Positions 39,410-53,199 of a stretch of 64,000 nt of DNA are shown one piece after another (the stretch's first letter is position 1; the number at the start of each line of letters is the position of its first letter). The DNA is from Octopus sinensis (lineage: Eukaryota). The notes under the pieces were generated by a model, which searched no databases, was not told the DNA's origin, and saw nothing but the letters and a program-made list of their open reading frames with translations. The position numbers and the translations under genes were made by a program. The stretch spans positions 104,842,001 to 104,906,000 of the forward strand of contig NC_042999.1 of the NCBI RefSeq assembly GCF_006345805.1. The letters run 5' to 3'.

Positions 39410-41450
39410 ATGTTGAACCACAAGCATTAACTGAAAGGCGACTATATGCTGAAACCACTCAAGAGCCTGAAGAAAAAGGAAAATACAATGACCCTAGAAA
39501 AAACAGCATGGAAAATGATGTCGAAACAGAATTTGAAGACCACATATTTGCTGAACAACACAGAAAATCTGTCATTGAAATGAAGCAGGAAGTTCTGAAT
39601 GAGCTTGCAGTTGTAGGGCATACAAATATGAATGATAGTGAACCATTCCAGAAACTCTCAAATGCACACCAACATAAAACACAAATAAAAATTGGCAACT
39701 GCTTTACACAAGAAATCATACAACATCTAAAACCCGACCTTAATAAGTTAAATGAAATTATTTACTCTGTTGCTAAGGTAATCGAAAGACGCTGTTTAAC
39801 ATCCAAAACGAAAAGAATTGAAACAAAAAAATGGATGTAGAATAATTGCAGAAAAAAACAGATTGAAAATACAAGTGAAAGCTGAAGTTCTTAAAGCTGC
39901 TTCTGTGAAATGTTAAATACTTTCCAAAATTCAAAATTGCATTCATTCCTCGCTTACTACTTCATATTTTTCAAACACACGCATCAATCATTGTGAAGGG
40001 AGAAGAATCATATACTACAAGCAAAATAAAATGTTCAAAACCAATGTCAAATCATTTTACAGGGGAATAGAGAAAGAAAAAAGCCATTGTAAATCTACCC
40101 CTAATGGAAGAAGTAGAAAACCTTTGGAAAGGGATCTGGAGTGATGAGAAACCATACAATGAAAATGCAGACAGGTTCAAATTCACCCAAGATGCCTACA
40201 AAAATCTACAAGAACAGGTATGGGAAGACATCTCAATCGCCGACCTAAGGAGGGCACTAACGAAGGTTCATAAGTGGAAATCCCCTTGTATTGATAGAGT
40301 ACCAAATTTCTGGATCTCATCACTCTCGTCCGCACACAAAATGTTAGTAATACTATTTAATAGTATTATGAAAGACCTGGAAAAAACTCCCCATTGGATG
40401 GCAAATAGTATTACTTACCTCCTTCCCAAAAATAACGAAGCCACAGACCCCCAAAAACTATCGGTCTATAACATGTTTGTCTACCACCTCTTAGATTTTG
40501 ACATCTATTCTAGTGGAGAAAACATATACGTTTATGGAAGAGAATAAACTCTTTCCCACTGAACAAAAGACGTAACTCATACGGATGCAAAGATCAGCTC
40601 CTAATTAATCGCATGATCCTTGAGAAAAGCCATAACAAGCGTGGAAATCTCAGCTCTTCAAAGATTGATTATAAAAACAGCCTTTGATAGCATACCACAT
40701 TCGAGCTGACCCAAAATGCCGATTCTATAACGATGAGATTGAAACTATTGACCACCTTATCTCAGGGTCTAGAGTCTTAGCACCTGTAGAATATAAAGCA
40801 AGACATGACAGAGTCGGCCAGTATTTACACTGGACAATATGTCGGCATTATAGAATCAAAACCGTTGACAAATGGTATAAACACCATCCTGAAGCTGAGA
40901 CTGAGAGAGAAAATGTGTCGATTCTCTGGGACTTCTGCGTACATACCGAAAAAACTATAGAAGCTAATAAACCGGATATTATTATAAAAGATGTGTTTAT
41001 TAATTTCTAAAAAGATGTGTTTATTAATTGACATGAGTATTCCTTGCGATCACAATATAGCGGAGAAAGAATTTGACAAGATCAGTAAATATAAAAGACT
41101 TGCTAATAGAAATTGAAAAAAATGTGGTATCTCAAGACGACTACAGTACCAGTGATTGTAGGATCTCTAGGAATGATAAAAAAAAAGGTACTGAAACCTA
41201 TTTGAAAATGATACCAGGCTTATCATCCATACAGGAAGTGCAAAAAGTCGTGTTAACTGGAATGACTCATGTACTGAGAAGAGCATTATCGCTGTGAAAA
41301 CAACATCCATTCATGAATTTATTTATTTATTAATTTTTTTAAATACAAATTTTACCTGTGAATTCGCGTGTGTAATCTGGGAATGCATGCAATGAACTTT
41401 TCTGCCTTAGGTGTACGGAAAACACTCGGCGAGAAATGGAAGAAAATTTG
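39410..41450 (+). mobile_element. R4/Dong LINE with internal deletions: N-terminal region, RT start, CCHC and RLE, 3' UTR
   Basis: KWKSP.ID.VPNFW, TYLLPK, GCKDQLLINRMI, IDYK.AFDSIPH joined directly to KCRF..EIETIDHLISG..RHD, ANKPDIIIKD, PVIVGSLG, VLRRALSL*. Confidence 0.9.
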
Positions 41451-41639
41451 AAGAAAAAAGAAAAAAAAAATTATTATAATAATCCATGGAGGGAATTTAT
41501 TAAAAGTTCAAAGCATTGGCAATGCATTAAAATATTTATAAATTTCATCTATGGATTATTATTATTATTTCTTTTTATCTCAGGTTTTCTTGCATGCGTA
41601 GCAGGCTTGCTGCCTGCAGCCTACTGTACCATGAAATAT

Positions 41640-41925
41640 GTTCTTTTCAACTATCCAATACTTTCCTAAATATTCTGGTCGTGCCACGGTGGCAAACGTC
41701 TTGTAACAGCTCTACTCAGCACCGTATTCCGATTTCCTTTATATTCCTCTTGATGCTTTCTGATACTGTTCCCAAGGACCCAAGAATGATTAGCACTATC
41801 TTCACCTTCATTTTCCATAGCAAGACTACTTCGTACTTAAGACGGTTGTATTTATTTATCTTTTCACCTTCCTTCTTGACTATTCGTGAATCAATCAAAG
41901 AGGCGCGCGACATCAACTATCTAGG
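41640..41925 (-). mobile_element. R4/Dong-type RLE C-terminal fragment
   Basis: KEGEKINKYNRLKYEVVLLWKMKVKIVLIILGSLGTV. Confidence 0.75.
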
Positions 41926-42690
41926 CCAGTATTTCAGGTGTGTATTTCTGTAACCACAAATTTATAGCAATAAAAATACAAAGAAGGCAGTTGGCAATTC
42001 TCCAGTTTTCTATGTTTGTTGTAACGAAGGGGTCAGTTTGACTTAGGTATGCGAGTGATAGGAAACAGCCAAAGTTTTAATGAACCTGACCCACTGAATA
42101 GAAATATTTGTCTCAACGTGCAGCACTTCGACTAGAGACATAACATTCTAAAATAGCCCCAATATGGGGAGCCTCTGCATAATCACTTGGTCATCTGATC
42201 AGCGTGGGAGTGCAATAAAATATCTCCCTGTTTCCAATTCGCAGTCTCATAACTTGCGTTAAATAGAAGCCAATTGCCACTGTAGATCTTAGAGAAGCTA
42301 ATGTTGATATCCTAGACATTGAAATCAAGCGCAACTCTTTGAAGTAAAAGTTCTTTCTATTATCTCACTAACTTAATTCCTAAAAGTTATTAAAACATCA
42401 AGAGAAAGACATTATGATGTTGTTACTTAGCCACAAATCCCTGACAGACAAAACCTGTGACAAAATGTTGCAAACTTGACAATCGTATATCGTATATCGA
42501 AGGCCACAGTTTCTAAGATAATCGAGTGCGACTGCAGAGAATCTGGTTAGCTTACAGTAGGTGTAGAATGACTACGTGAACACATCTGGACCATATGTAT
42601 CCAACGTTCTGTTAATACAAATTACTAATTTCAAAACCAACGGTATCACTTGTTAATTTTGATATATTGTTGATTTCCATTTTAGTCTAT

Positions 42691-43080
42691 ACTAGCAGTA
42701 TAGCCCGGCTTTGCCCGGGATTAAGTTAGGATTATTAAGCTAATCAATTCTTTATTTCAAACCAAAATAAGTGACATCAACGTCAAATTTGGGCGAAGTC
42801 CGTTGAAAAGGGTAAACTTTTGGCTGAAAATGAGTTGCAGACAACTTGATTGGGTAATACCGGAAGGAATCGGTTTATCGATTTTTTCCATTCATCGATT
42901 ATTTTTCGTTTTTGGAGAACTTAAAGTATTCAAAGATCCCATGATTCCTAATTAATGCTGGCATCAAGTTTGAAAAAATACATCAAAATTAGTAAAAGTT
43001 ATGGTTGAAAATGGGGTGTAGCGAATTTTGACTTAACCGAACACAATATTGCTGATTCAAAAACATCTATATTTATACTT
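42691..43080 (+). mobile_element. Non-autonomous Helitron/Helentron-like element
   Basis: ACTAGCAGTATAGCCCGGCTTTGCCCGGG 5' end shared with 21531. Confidence 0.6.
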
Positions 43081-44659
43081 TAAAGTTGCTTTTCACACCC
43101 AACCCAATTCTGCAGAATCAGTGTCGCGACGGGAGGGCATCGGTTGGGAACTCTTCCAGTAAGGAAAACACAATGCCAAAAAGGGCTCCCGACCCTCTGT
43201 GTCAGAAGCGGTTATGTTCAGATCACAATTAGTATATATACATGTTCTTTGTACGCATTCATGTGTGTGTGTGTATGTGTGTGTGTTGCCCGTATATCAA
43301 CAAAACACTTTTTCTTCGATGGAAAAAACAACAAAAGTCTTAATAAAAACTTACTCGTCACTAGAAGGGGACTTAACTCCTATTTGTAAACAATGATGAC
43401 TTTTGCGACTTGAAAATTGTTAAAGGTTTTGGTTGAAAATTTATTTTTACTGCTATTTGGTGGTGCCTCTGAGAAAAATACAGCAAGGGTCATGACGAAT
43501 GTTCTAAAATTAGAGCGACATGCGTGCTAATTTGTGGACGTGCATAAATTACATTCACGTTCATACACACACACCCTGCCTTTTATATATACAGATAACA
43601 GTTACTTTTACTTTTTGCTGAAACTGAGTAGTTAAAATAATTATAGTAATTTGTCTACTGAAAGTAGATATTCGTAGAGTGAAAGGACACTTATTTATTT
43701 GAAATGTTAAAACAAAGAGTAACTTTTCCTTTATTTGCACTTTGCTTTATTTTAAATAGAAATCACTCTCATGACAATTTCACTTGTGAGGCATATCAAT
43801 ATGTAGAGAATACCAAATCTAACACATACTGACTCTTATTAAAGGTACTCACCAATACAAGAAATCCTACCAGAATTCTCTTTAGCTACAGTAAATATTA
43901 CAAGGAGGTTTCTTTTTGAGAGAAAAACTAGCAGTTGTGATAGTGCTCTGGAGTCGAAAAGAGCTCACGTTTTGTTCAACGGCGCTCGGTACGTGGCAGA
44001 AGAAAATATTAGAAATAAAAAAATATCAACAAAGAAAAAACATCACTACAAACAACAAAACAGCCCAATAAAAGGTCAGAGTTTCCATTCAGATGTCATG
44101 AAAAAATAAAGAGACCATTGAGTTTTAAAAATATCTAATCATATCTCATCATATCAGTCTTAGGTTGTCATCATGGTGGATTTGCTTCTTTCTCCTATAT
44201 ATTTTAGTTCGTTTATTTCTTTTGCCATTGATTTGCAATTTATTTGGAAACCTATTCTCTAGACACTAATCTCTCTTCCAAAACAAATAAAAACATTTTA
44301 CTGTCAACAGCTATGACAATTTAATGTTCATACACTGATATTTTACTATATCAATGCAGAGAGAGGGTTGTTGTTTTCTCAGTGTTTTTCGTGTTGACGG
44401 CTGTAAGTTTTTTCTTTCTCTGGTAATGTTATTTTTGTTGTATTACTATCAAGGTAGATTATATGTTTGTGTGTACTTTAGTATGTTTATATATTCTGTA
44501 TGCGGAGGCTTGTTTTATTGCCTTTCAAGTAATCATCAAATGTTTCTTTAAATGATACGCATAAATAAATTTCCCCTAACTCTATCTCTGTTCCATTTTT
44601 ATGTCTATTATTCCCCCACTCCACTCCACAAGCACACTCACACGCGCACATACCCACAC

Positions 44660-44693
<34 letters not shown>

Positions 44694-45569
44694 ATATACA
44701 TATTTGTATATGACGGTGCTAGACGATATATTTGATATGTTTATTTAGTACCTAAGATACACCAGAGTGTTACTTTTGTTTTGGGGATAAAGAGATCTGT
44801 CCCTGCTTCATCTAATATATAAAACCGTATCGAAAGTATAGACCTGCACTTTCTTGATACATGCGACAAAGCAAATATGGCGATTTGTGAAGAAAGAAGA
44901 TGCAAAATTGTCCTATATCTTTGGAGAAATGACGAGTGCAGAAAATATAGAGAGAAACAGAAAGGCAGAAGATGGCATAATTTATTTATTTGTCCCTGAG
45001 TTTCAAGAAAATATACTATAGCTAAAAAGATTTAAAATATATTCTGTCGAATGTGAAATGCCCTTTCGAATATAAAGAAATGATTATCTTTGTTCTGAGT
45101 TTAGGCGTAAAGTCTTAAGCATATATGTATGCGCAGGAGGGATATGAGAGGAAAGATTTGTTGTGGCTTGTTTAACTGTGTAAGATTCGGAAGTGCTAAT
45201 TTATTGTAAATGGTGTCAAGCTTAGTTGAAAGGAAGTTAGGCATCCTCATAGACTACCGATTTTTATGTGTGCAACATGTTAGGTGTTGTCCTAAGCTGT
45301 GTATTATTCTGATGTTTGTATGCACACACTAACTTAACTTAAGTTAACTTAACACACGCACACACACACACACACACACACCACACACACACACACATAC
45401 ACACACACAAACACACACATGCGCACACATGCGTACATCATGCATATATACATACATACACATACATACATACACATACATACACATGTATGTTAGTACA
45501 TATATGTAACAAACAACCTTAGAATCGCTATGCACACACACATACACACACACACACACACCACACACA

Positions 45570-45643
<74 letters not shown>

Positions 45644-45734
45644 GGGTATGTGCATGTACGTGTGCCAGTGCGTGTTTGTGCTTGTGTGTGTGTGTGTGTG
45701 TGTGTGTCCGCTAGTAAAAAGTCGCGAAGTGGTT

Positions 45735-45925
45735 TATCTTTTACCTTTCATCTTTTACTTGTTCCACTAATTTGTCTGCAACTGTGCTGGATCACCGCCT
45801 TGAAGTATTAAGTCGAATAAGTCCAACCCGGTACTTATTTTCTAAGCCTGGTACATATTCTATCGATCCATTATGCCGGACTTGTAAGTTACGGAGATGT
45901 AAAAATACCAACACCAGTTGTCAAA
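45735..45925 (-). mobile_element. 3' part of a family A SINE
   Basis: GGCCATGCTGGAGCACCGCC-like segment, CGAATAAGTCCAACCCGGTACTTATT, CATTCTATCG. Confidence 0.65.
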
Positions 45926-46734
45926 CTGTGTCGGGCAACGAATGCATGCGTCATAACACATACACACGCATACGCACACACATAAACATGCAAACACACA
46001 TACACACATACACACATACATACAAGGCTACACTTTAACACAGAAGCAAAAACCTACACACATACACACACACACACAAACACGTATTGAAAAGAACCAG
46101 CCAAATATAGCTCCACAAGAAGGCAACATTTCAAAAGTCTTTCAGACTCCACTTCTGCATTTGTAAGAAATGAAATATATAAAATTATATCCTATACTTC
46201 CAGATGGTAAGATTGCAATGCACTCTTAATAAATAGCTTTATCACAGGCTAACATTCGGTTATCATCCTAATATTACTAACAAATAAAAGTAAAAGAAAA
46301 TGCAAGAGAAACGGTTTATCAATAATCTGAAAGAAGGAGAGCAAAATAGTATACGACATCATGAAACCAAATCATTTAAGCTGTATATTCAAAGTAGATT
46401 TATCGGAAACAACTTAAAGGATGAAACTAATCTTTTTACGAACCAGGCACGTCCATAGAGTCGGTACTTAACTTAGGTCTCAGGAGTATTAACCAGGCAG
46501 ACAATTGAAAATATCTTTTTGGTGGCAAGCTAGTTTATTAGAAGCTATTCCTTTTCACAATGGTGCACGTTCAACCAACATTTCTTTACTGTCGTCATCA
46601 TGACTTCTTTCTCATATTTTTTTCTAAATTACAGGTTGGGATATATTTATAAGAGAGCTAGAAACAATGGGCAACCTACTTTATCTGTAAAATACATTTC
46701 TTTTCTCTTTCTCCTTTAAGCACACGGACAGAAA

Positions 46735-46920
46735 CTTAAAAGCGATGGCTAGTTGATTACATCGACCCCCAATATTCAACTGATACTTATTTTATCGAGC
46801 CCGAAAGGATGAAAAGATGAAAGGCATATCGACTTCGGTGGAATTTGTACTGAGAATGTAAAACCGGAAAAAAGGCCAATAAACATTTTGTCCGGCGTGC
46901 TAATGATTCTGCCAGCCTGT
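46735..46920 (-). mobile_element. tRNA-derived SINE, family B
   Basis: CTGGCAGAATCATTAGCACGCCGG...GAAGTCGATATGCCTTTCATC. Confidence 0.75.
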
Positions 46921-47109
46921 CATTTTTTTTTTATTTGGTAACTATTGAAACAACGATACAATTAACGAAGTGTACTTGCCAGTGAAATATTTCAAGATAA
47001 ACACACACAAATTTATACAGAGCACATACATACATACATACATGCATACATACATACATACATACATACATACATACATACATACATACTCAGATACATA
47101 TCAATAGAA

Positions 47110-47500
47110 GACCATACATGGACATATTAATAGAAAGCTCCGGAATGATAGTAACATTAATCATCAAAGCATTCTATCATGAACCAATAACCCGATTACG
47201 AATTCCCATTTGAAGGGCATCCGTTTGGAATCCAGGAACAAGAAATACCAACCAAATACTTGATGCACAAACGGCACAGAGACGCAGGAAAAGCAGCAAA
47301 ATATGTCAACCGATGCAGACTTTGTGGAGTTAACACCGAATATATTATCCACATCATAAGCAGTTGCCCGAAAATGTTATCACAGTATTATCTACCGATG
47401 AGACATAATGTTGTAGCTAGGACACTGTATAATGAGATCTGCTGGAAAGATTACCCCGATCCCAAAGAAATAAGCTTGCTTACGATACTGTCTCTATCAC
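47110..47500 (+). mobile_element. RLE-type LINE fragment, CCHC zinc-knuckle region
   Basis: NRCRLCGVNTEYIIHIISSCPKML..YYLPMRHNVVARTLYNEIC. Confidence 0.75.
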
Positions 47501-50500
47501 AGCGGATGTAGTCGTTGATTTTACTATTTATCTCACGGGTCAACTCTAATCAAGCACCACTTATTATAAACACAGCCACTCAGTCTCGCCAGGGTATCTA
47601 GGAAAACAGATCATTAGGGTACCTAGATATAGAGCACTCACTGTGTTTTTACCTTTTCAAGGTTGTAGAATTGAACGTGTTGAGACATTTTTAACTCTTT
47701 CTAACAAGTTCAGTAATCCATTAGAGGCTCCGGCTACTATATTTGCTGTTATTTGCGCGTGTCTATATATATATGTCATTATTCTACTTTATTTCAAGAT
47801 GTCTTGCCAATAGAGAAAGAGTCGGCTTCTAACCTAAATTCAAGGCTCCTTCACTGGAATTTCAACAACATCAAGGTTTTCAGTAAGACATTTCACCACT
47901 GTTCCTGTTTTCTATGACTGGCTATATGTTTAGAATTACATTGTAAATATTTAGGCACGTTGACGTAGAAAGACACACAAAACAATATTGAGGCTTACAT
48001 TATACTTTATTCAAGAAAATACTCCAGAATCTATTGATGCTGGTGTTGCCTATGATTTATAGGTAGCCTATTGATGTCTTTAGAGACGCTGTTAGGTATT
48101 ATTCCAGTTGTACCAGTTAATGTTGAAATGGCAGACCAATTTCTTAGTTACCATATTCTACAGCTAAATGAATGTAAAAGTTAACCTTCTTGGCACAATT
48201 CTGAATGAAACTATCGTAAGTTACTTGGTCATTTGTTAAACAACTATTAAAAAATTCTAACATTGAAAATTAAATAATTATTATGCGTTGTCTGAAGTTC
48301 TTAATGTATGTCAGTGTTCCAAAGGTAATTTTTATTGTCATTTCCATCGCTACTGAAGGTACAATAGAATGTTTTCTTTAAGAAGTTGAGTCTGAGTGAC
48401 AAGAAATATTGAGACTAATGTTCAAGTATATGTTTTATGTTAGACATCTTGATGTATACCTACAATTGACATTCGATTTCTACATTATAATGATATGACA
48501 TCACCTCATGAATGACATTTGGTATCTACGTATTCGTAGTATTTAACGTTTTGTTCCTGTTCAACGGAAGTTGTTGAATGTAATGTCCTTTTTTAAATGA
48601 GTTGTTGCCAAACTTGATCGAGCAGACCGTCTTTTTAATGTAACAGAGCTCTATATTATTTCATGTGTCGTTTACGTGTTTAAGACAATTTGAAAGATAC
48701 TTGTCTGCTTTTTCTAGCAGGTTTAGGAAGCCCGTAGACGTAGCATTGCCGGCTCGTTAAGATTGTCAATTATTTATTCATATACAGCTATTATTAATGT
48801 CGTGTGTAGAAAATACAGCTCAGAAAGGCATTAACTAAATAATAGTGCATATAATTATGGTTGTTTATCATGAGCAACAAATGTTCTATTTCTAATGTTC
48901 ATGTTTTCTGCTACTTAGTCATAACATCTCAACATTTCAAAAATCTAATGTAATTTCGAAGGAAACATTTGCTTCAACAAAGATGATAAACTCGCTTCCT
49001 TTCTTATTAACATAGTCAATAAAAGTAAGAACGTTTCCCTGTGAGACTGAAATGAAGTGAGAGACATCAATATTTTTTTCTGTGGAACTTTTCCAGTTTT
49101 CAAAGCGATTTAAAGTAGTCACAAATCAGCCACTGTAATGCTTTTGGGAGGCAGTTATTTAATTTATATTGTTGTTACATATTCCCACCAGCTATAGATT
49201 CTTTTTTAAATAGTTATCTTTATTTCGCAATTTTTTTTCCTACACGTTACTAATTTTTATTTTATGTGAATCTTAGGATTTTACTGTATATTGTCCTATA
49301 TATCATTTGCAGGTGCCGTTAATGGAATAGTTTTGCTAACACCGTTTTTGAGTATTGCTTTATCTTTCTAATCAATTCTTAAAAGCGAATATGTTGTGTG
49401 AAGCATTCGAGCTTATTGTTTACTACATAGAAAAATGCGAGCAGGAGAAATAATATTCTTAAGATTATAAACCTGGAAAAGTACAAGACAAGTTATTACA
49501 TCTGGTGTAGTATAGAACAAGAAAATTTTAAATTAAAATATTGCAGCTAAGGATAAAAATTCAAATAAAATATTTAGATTTTTAAAAAATATTAGCTTTT
49601 ATTAAACATTATTAACATTTATTTACTAGTTATTTCTTGTTACTTCTATTAAAAATTTAAAATAACTCAAAATATTTACGCATTTAAAAAAATTCCTCTA
49701 ATTATTAATTAATAATTAGAAATTTGAAAATTGGTTATAAAATATAATAGTAGTACATAATTAGTACAATAAATAGAATAATACAAAAATTAGTTATATA
49801 CTACTGTAAAATCTACCTTCAACAATAAATTCACAAAGAAATTTGCTAGACAAGGCCCGCGATCTTATCGTAATTTGCGATGGAAGGCAGAAAGCCAAGG
49901 TGCGACACTTGTGGGTTTAACACATATCTGATGGTCCTCTGCCCAGAACAATAACAAAATGGAGCTCAAGGAACGGCGGCTCTGCTGTTATTTATAAACA
50001 TTATATCAACACAATATAGATATATATATGTTTAATTTTTACAAATGTTTTTAGAAGTATAAATAATATCAATGTTTTGCTTACTATAGTGTATGCCTTC
50101 TGTTATTCATCAGACAATTCTCTGATGAACATTCTGCATATAACAAATTTTCTTTGATTTCGCTCAATGCAATATCAGTCAGCTTAAAAGTAATATAAAT
50201 GTTGTGCGTATAATTCTTGTCTTATTTTTTTCTTTTTTATTCCGTTGTTAAGCTTTACATAGAAAGTGAATTGCAGTCTTATAAATAGCCTACGCAGTTG
50301 AAAGGTTTTAAACTATTAATGCATATGTAAAGAATGCTCTGAAATAATATTAGAAATAAAAATCAAGCACGAGAGTTTAACAATCTATGTGACATGTCAG
50401 ATAATTTAATCAAATAAATTATTCTAATTTTCTCGGTCAAATTTCATAGTTAGACTAAGAGCATTGCCTCTCATTATACAGTATGAGCATTTCTAACAAT

Positions 50501-50913
50501 TTCGTACTTATTACTACCGTAGATATAACTTCAGTACAATGTGATACAGTCTTGTATTATACTGAAAATCGTCGTTGTTTATTAGTCAGAATCATTTGGT
50601 ATAACGAATGTCAGATTCCTTGTTTGAATTCCGTAAGAGTAAAAGAATATCTTCTGTTGAAATAGTATCATATATATATATATATATATATACTTTACTA
50701 AAAAGCAGCAACGATATCACAAAAACATCACAAAATCTGTTACCAAGAGTTTCACCTTCCCGTTCGTTGACAGTTTTATTTCGAATGGAACAAAATAAGG
50801 TTATATGCATAAATACATAATTACTTTGATAGATACGCATCTGAAAATGGGTTTGTTTCCATACACATACACGCACGCGCGTAAAAGCCTTCTCGCATTT
50901 ATGTGCTTACTCT

Positions 50914-50957
<44 letters not shown>

Positions 50958-51302
50958 ATGTAAAAAAATACAAACTGTGACAAGAACACATAACACTTAG
51001 AAGACGATACAACAAACACAGACAGGACATTCGAAGCCTTCAGTCTTCAGTCAAGAACCGGTTCATCGTAGTAATTTCGGCTGATATATATATATATATA
51101 TATATATGGAACGCCAAGCCCCCCCCCCCAAAAAAAAAACTGTTGATGCTCTCTGCCGTTTGTACTCTGTGTAAGTTAGGCCTATTAATATTAATACAAA
51201 TGTCTATATATTTAGACATAAAAATCCCTCACGTGAAAGTTTCAACCTTTTGCTTTTCCTAATTTTGCATGTATACATATATACATATTTTGTATTTGAT
51301 GT

Positions 51303-51383
<81 letters not shown>

Positions 51384-53103
51384 TCTTATGGCAAGAAAAT
51401 GTATTGAGGTCATGCAGTCATTACTGTTAAGTTTTCTGCTAAAGTTAAGTAAGAGGGATTGTTTCATACTTAGCTGATAAGGGAGATAATTAGGTTGACG
51501 ATAAAAATATCTTAGAGAAATGAATACGAAAAATTGATTTTCCATTCTCCACTTGATTTCTCGCCAATAACAGAAATGATGGTTAGATATATATTTGTAT
51601 ATATTTGATATACATTTATATAATTTTATTTTGTTTTCCAAATTGTTCTTACATTTCTTGATATTTATCTCTCTGGATAAGCTGTTGAAAAGAAAACAAA
51701 TCAATAACCATATGGCTCTTGAACTAGTATTTATGAATAATTCAGCAGAAAATTACAAAAGCAAAGAAAAATGAAAGAAAAATTGTCAAAAGACAATAAA
51801 AAAGGAAGAAAGAAAAAAGAAACAATGTGGCGAGAAGTAATAAAATACAAAATTATAAAACGTTTTAACATCATACACGACAGATGTGAATATACATTCT
51901 CAGAATTTGTAACACATTCTTGGAACTAGTTGACATATAAATCTAGAAATCTGAACAAATACACACACACACACAAACACACACATAAATATATATATGA
52001 GTGCATGTGTGTGTATGTGCGTGTGTGTGTGTGTGTCTGTGTATGTGTGTGTGCCTGTGTATGTGTGTGTGCCTGTGTGTGTGCCTGTGTGCCCGTATTT
52101 GAGTATTCAAATATTGATATTCCTACACACACATGCGCATTCCACATACACGCACGCACACATATATACACACGCTGATATATGTGTATATATGTGTATA
52201 TATATATATATATATATGTATATTTATCGATATTAATGCGTATATATATATATACATAGAGTATATATATATATATCAAAAGAAAGAGAGATTAATAAAA
52301 GATTAGTGATACAGGTGAAATACTTATTAAGCTTTCTATAGATATACACCAGGTTAAAATAAATGTCTTGCGATCGGTCTTGTACTCTAGGTAATCCAAG
52401 TCAACGTCCATCATCAGTCCAACTTGTAAATCCATGGTTTCAATACCCAATGGGAGGGTGCTGGCGATCTCTACTGTATTTTGGGATAAATCGGTTAAGT
52501 ATATGAAAATATACACAAGGACACGAGAAAAAAGATTTATAGTACTAATCAATATTTTAAAGATGAAATTTCAAAATATATATATATTTGCCAGGAATTC
52601 GTATAATCATTAACTAGTGACAGTCATGGTTGAAATTAGTAATCAGGGATTAGAAATAAAGTATAACAAGTAAAGTAACAATAAGACTACGTCAACAAAC
52701 AGTACAATCGTAAATTATAGAACTATTGGTTGAACCGGAGTTGTACGGCAAAGATATAATTTTAAAGGAATATGGTAAAGGAAATTACACCATTACAAAA
52801 TAAACCCAAAATAACACAAAACAACAATAACATGAAATGGAAACATAAGGAGAGGGATATCAGAAAATAAGGTATTTTTTGCCATGATAAAGAAAAGAAA
52901 TAAGAAACCTATAATTCGAATATTAAGACATTTAACTATTACCATTTAATTTAAACATCCTATTGTCTCTAAACTTGTGGACTAGGAACGTGTGTAGATG
53001 TCTTCATATTCATGTATTCGAATTATTAATTATTGATGGAGTGAGATATAGGACTTGCTAAAATTGCGTGAATATGAGTGTGTGCGTGTATATAAATGTA
53101 CGC

Positions 53104-53199
<96 letters not shown>

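Noticed and set aside
49540-49810. Extremely AT-rich stretch resembling a mitochondrial rRNA insertion (NUMT)
   Set aside because: I found no conserved mt-rRNA, tRNA or protein motif; composition alone is not evidence. A BLAST against the mitogenome would settle it.
52340-52552. Minus-strand ORF (EIASTLPLGIETMDL…) overlapping a CTGATGA motif
   Set aside because: Neither an exon nor a hammerhead can be supported: the donor is weak and there is no GAAA core.
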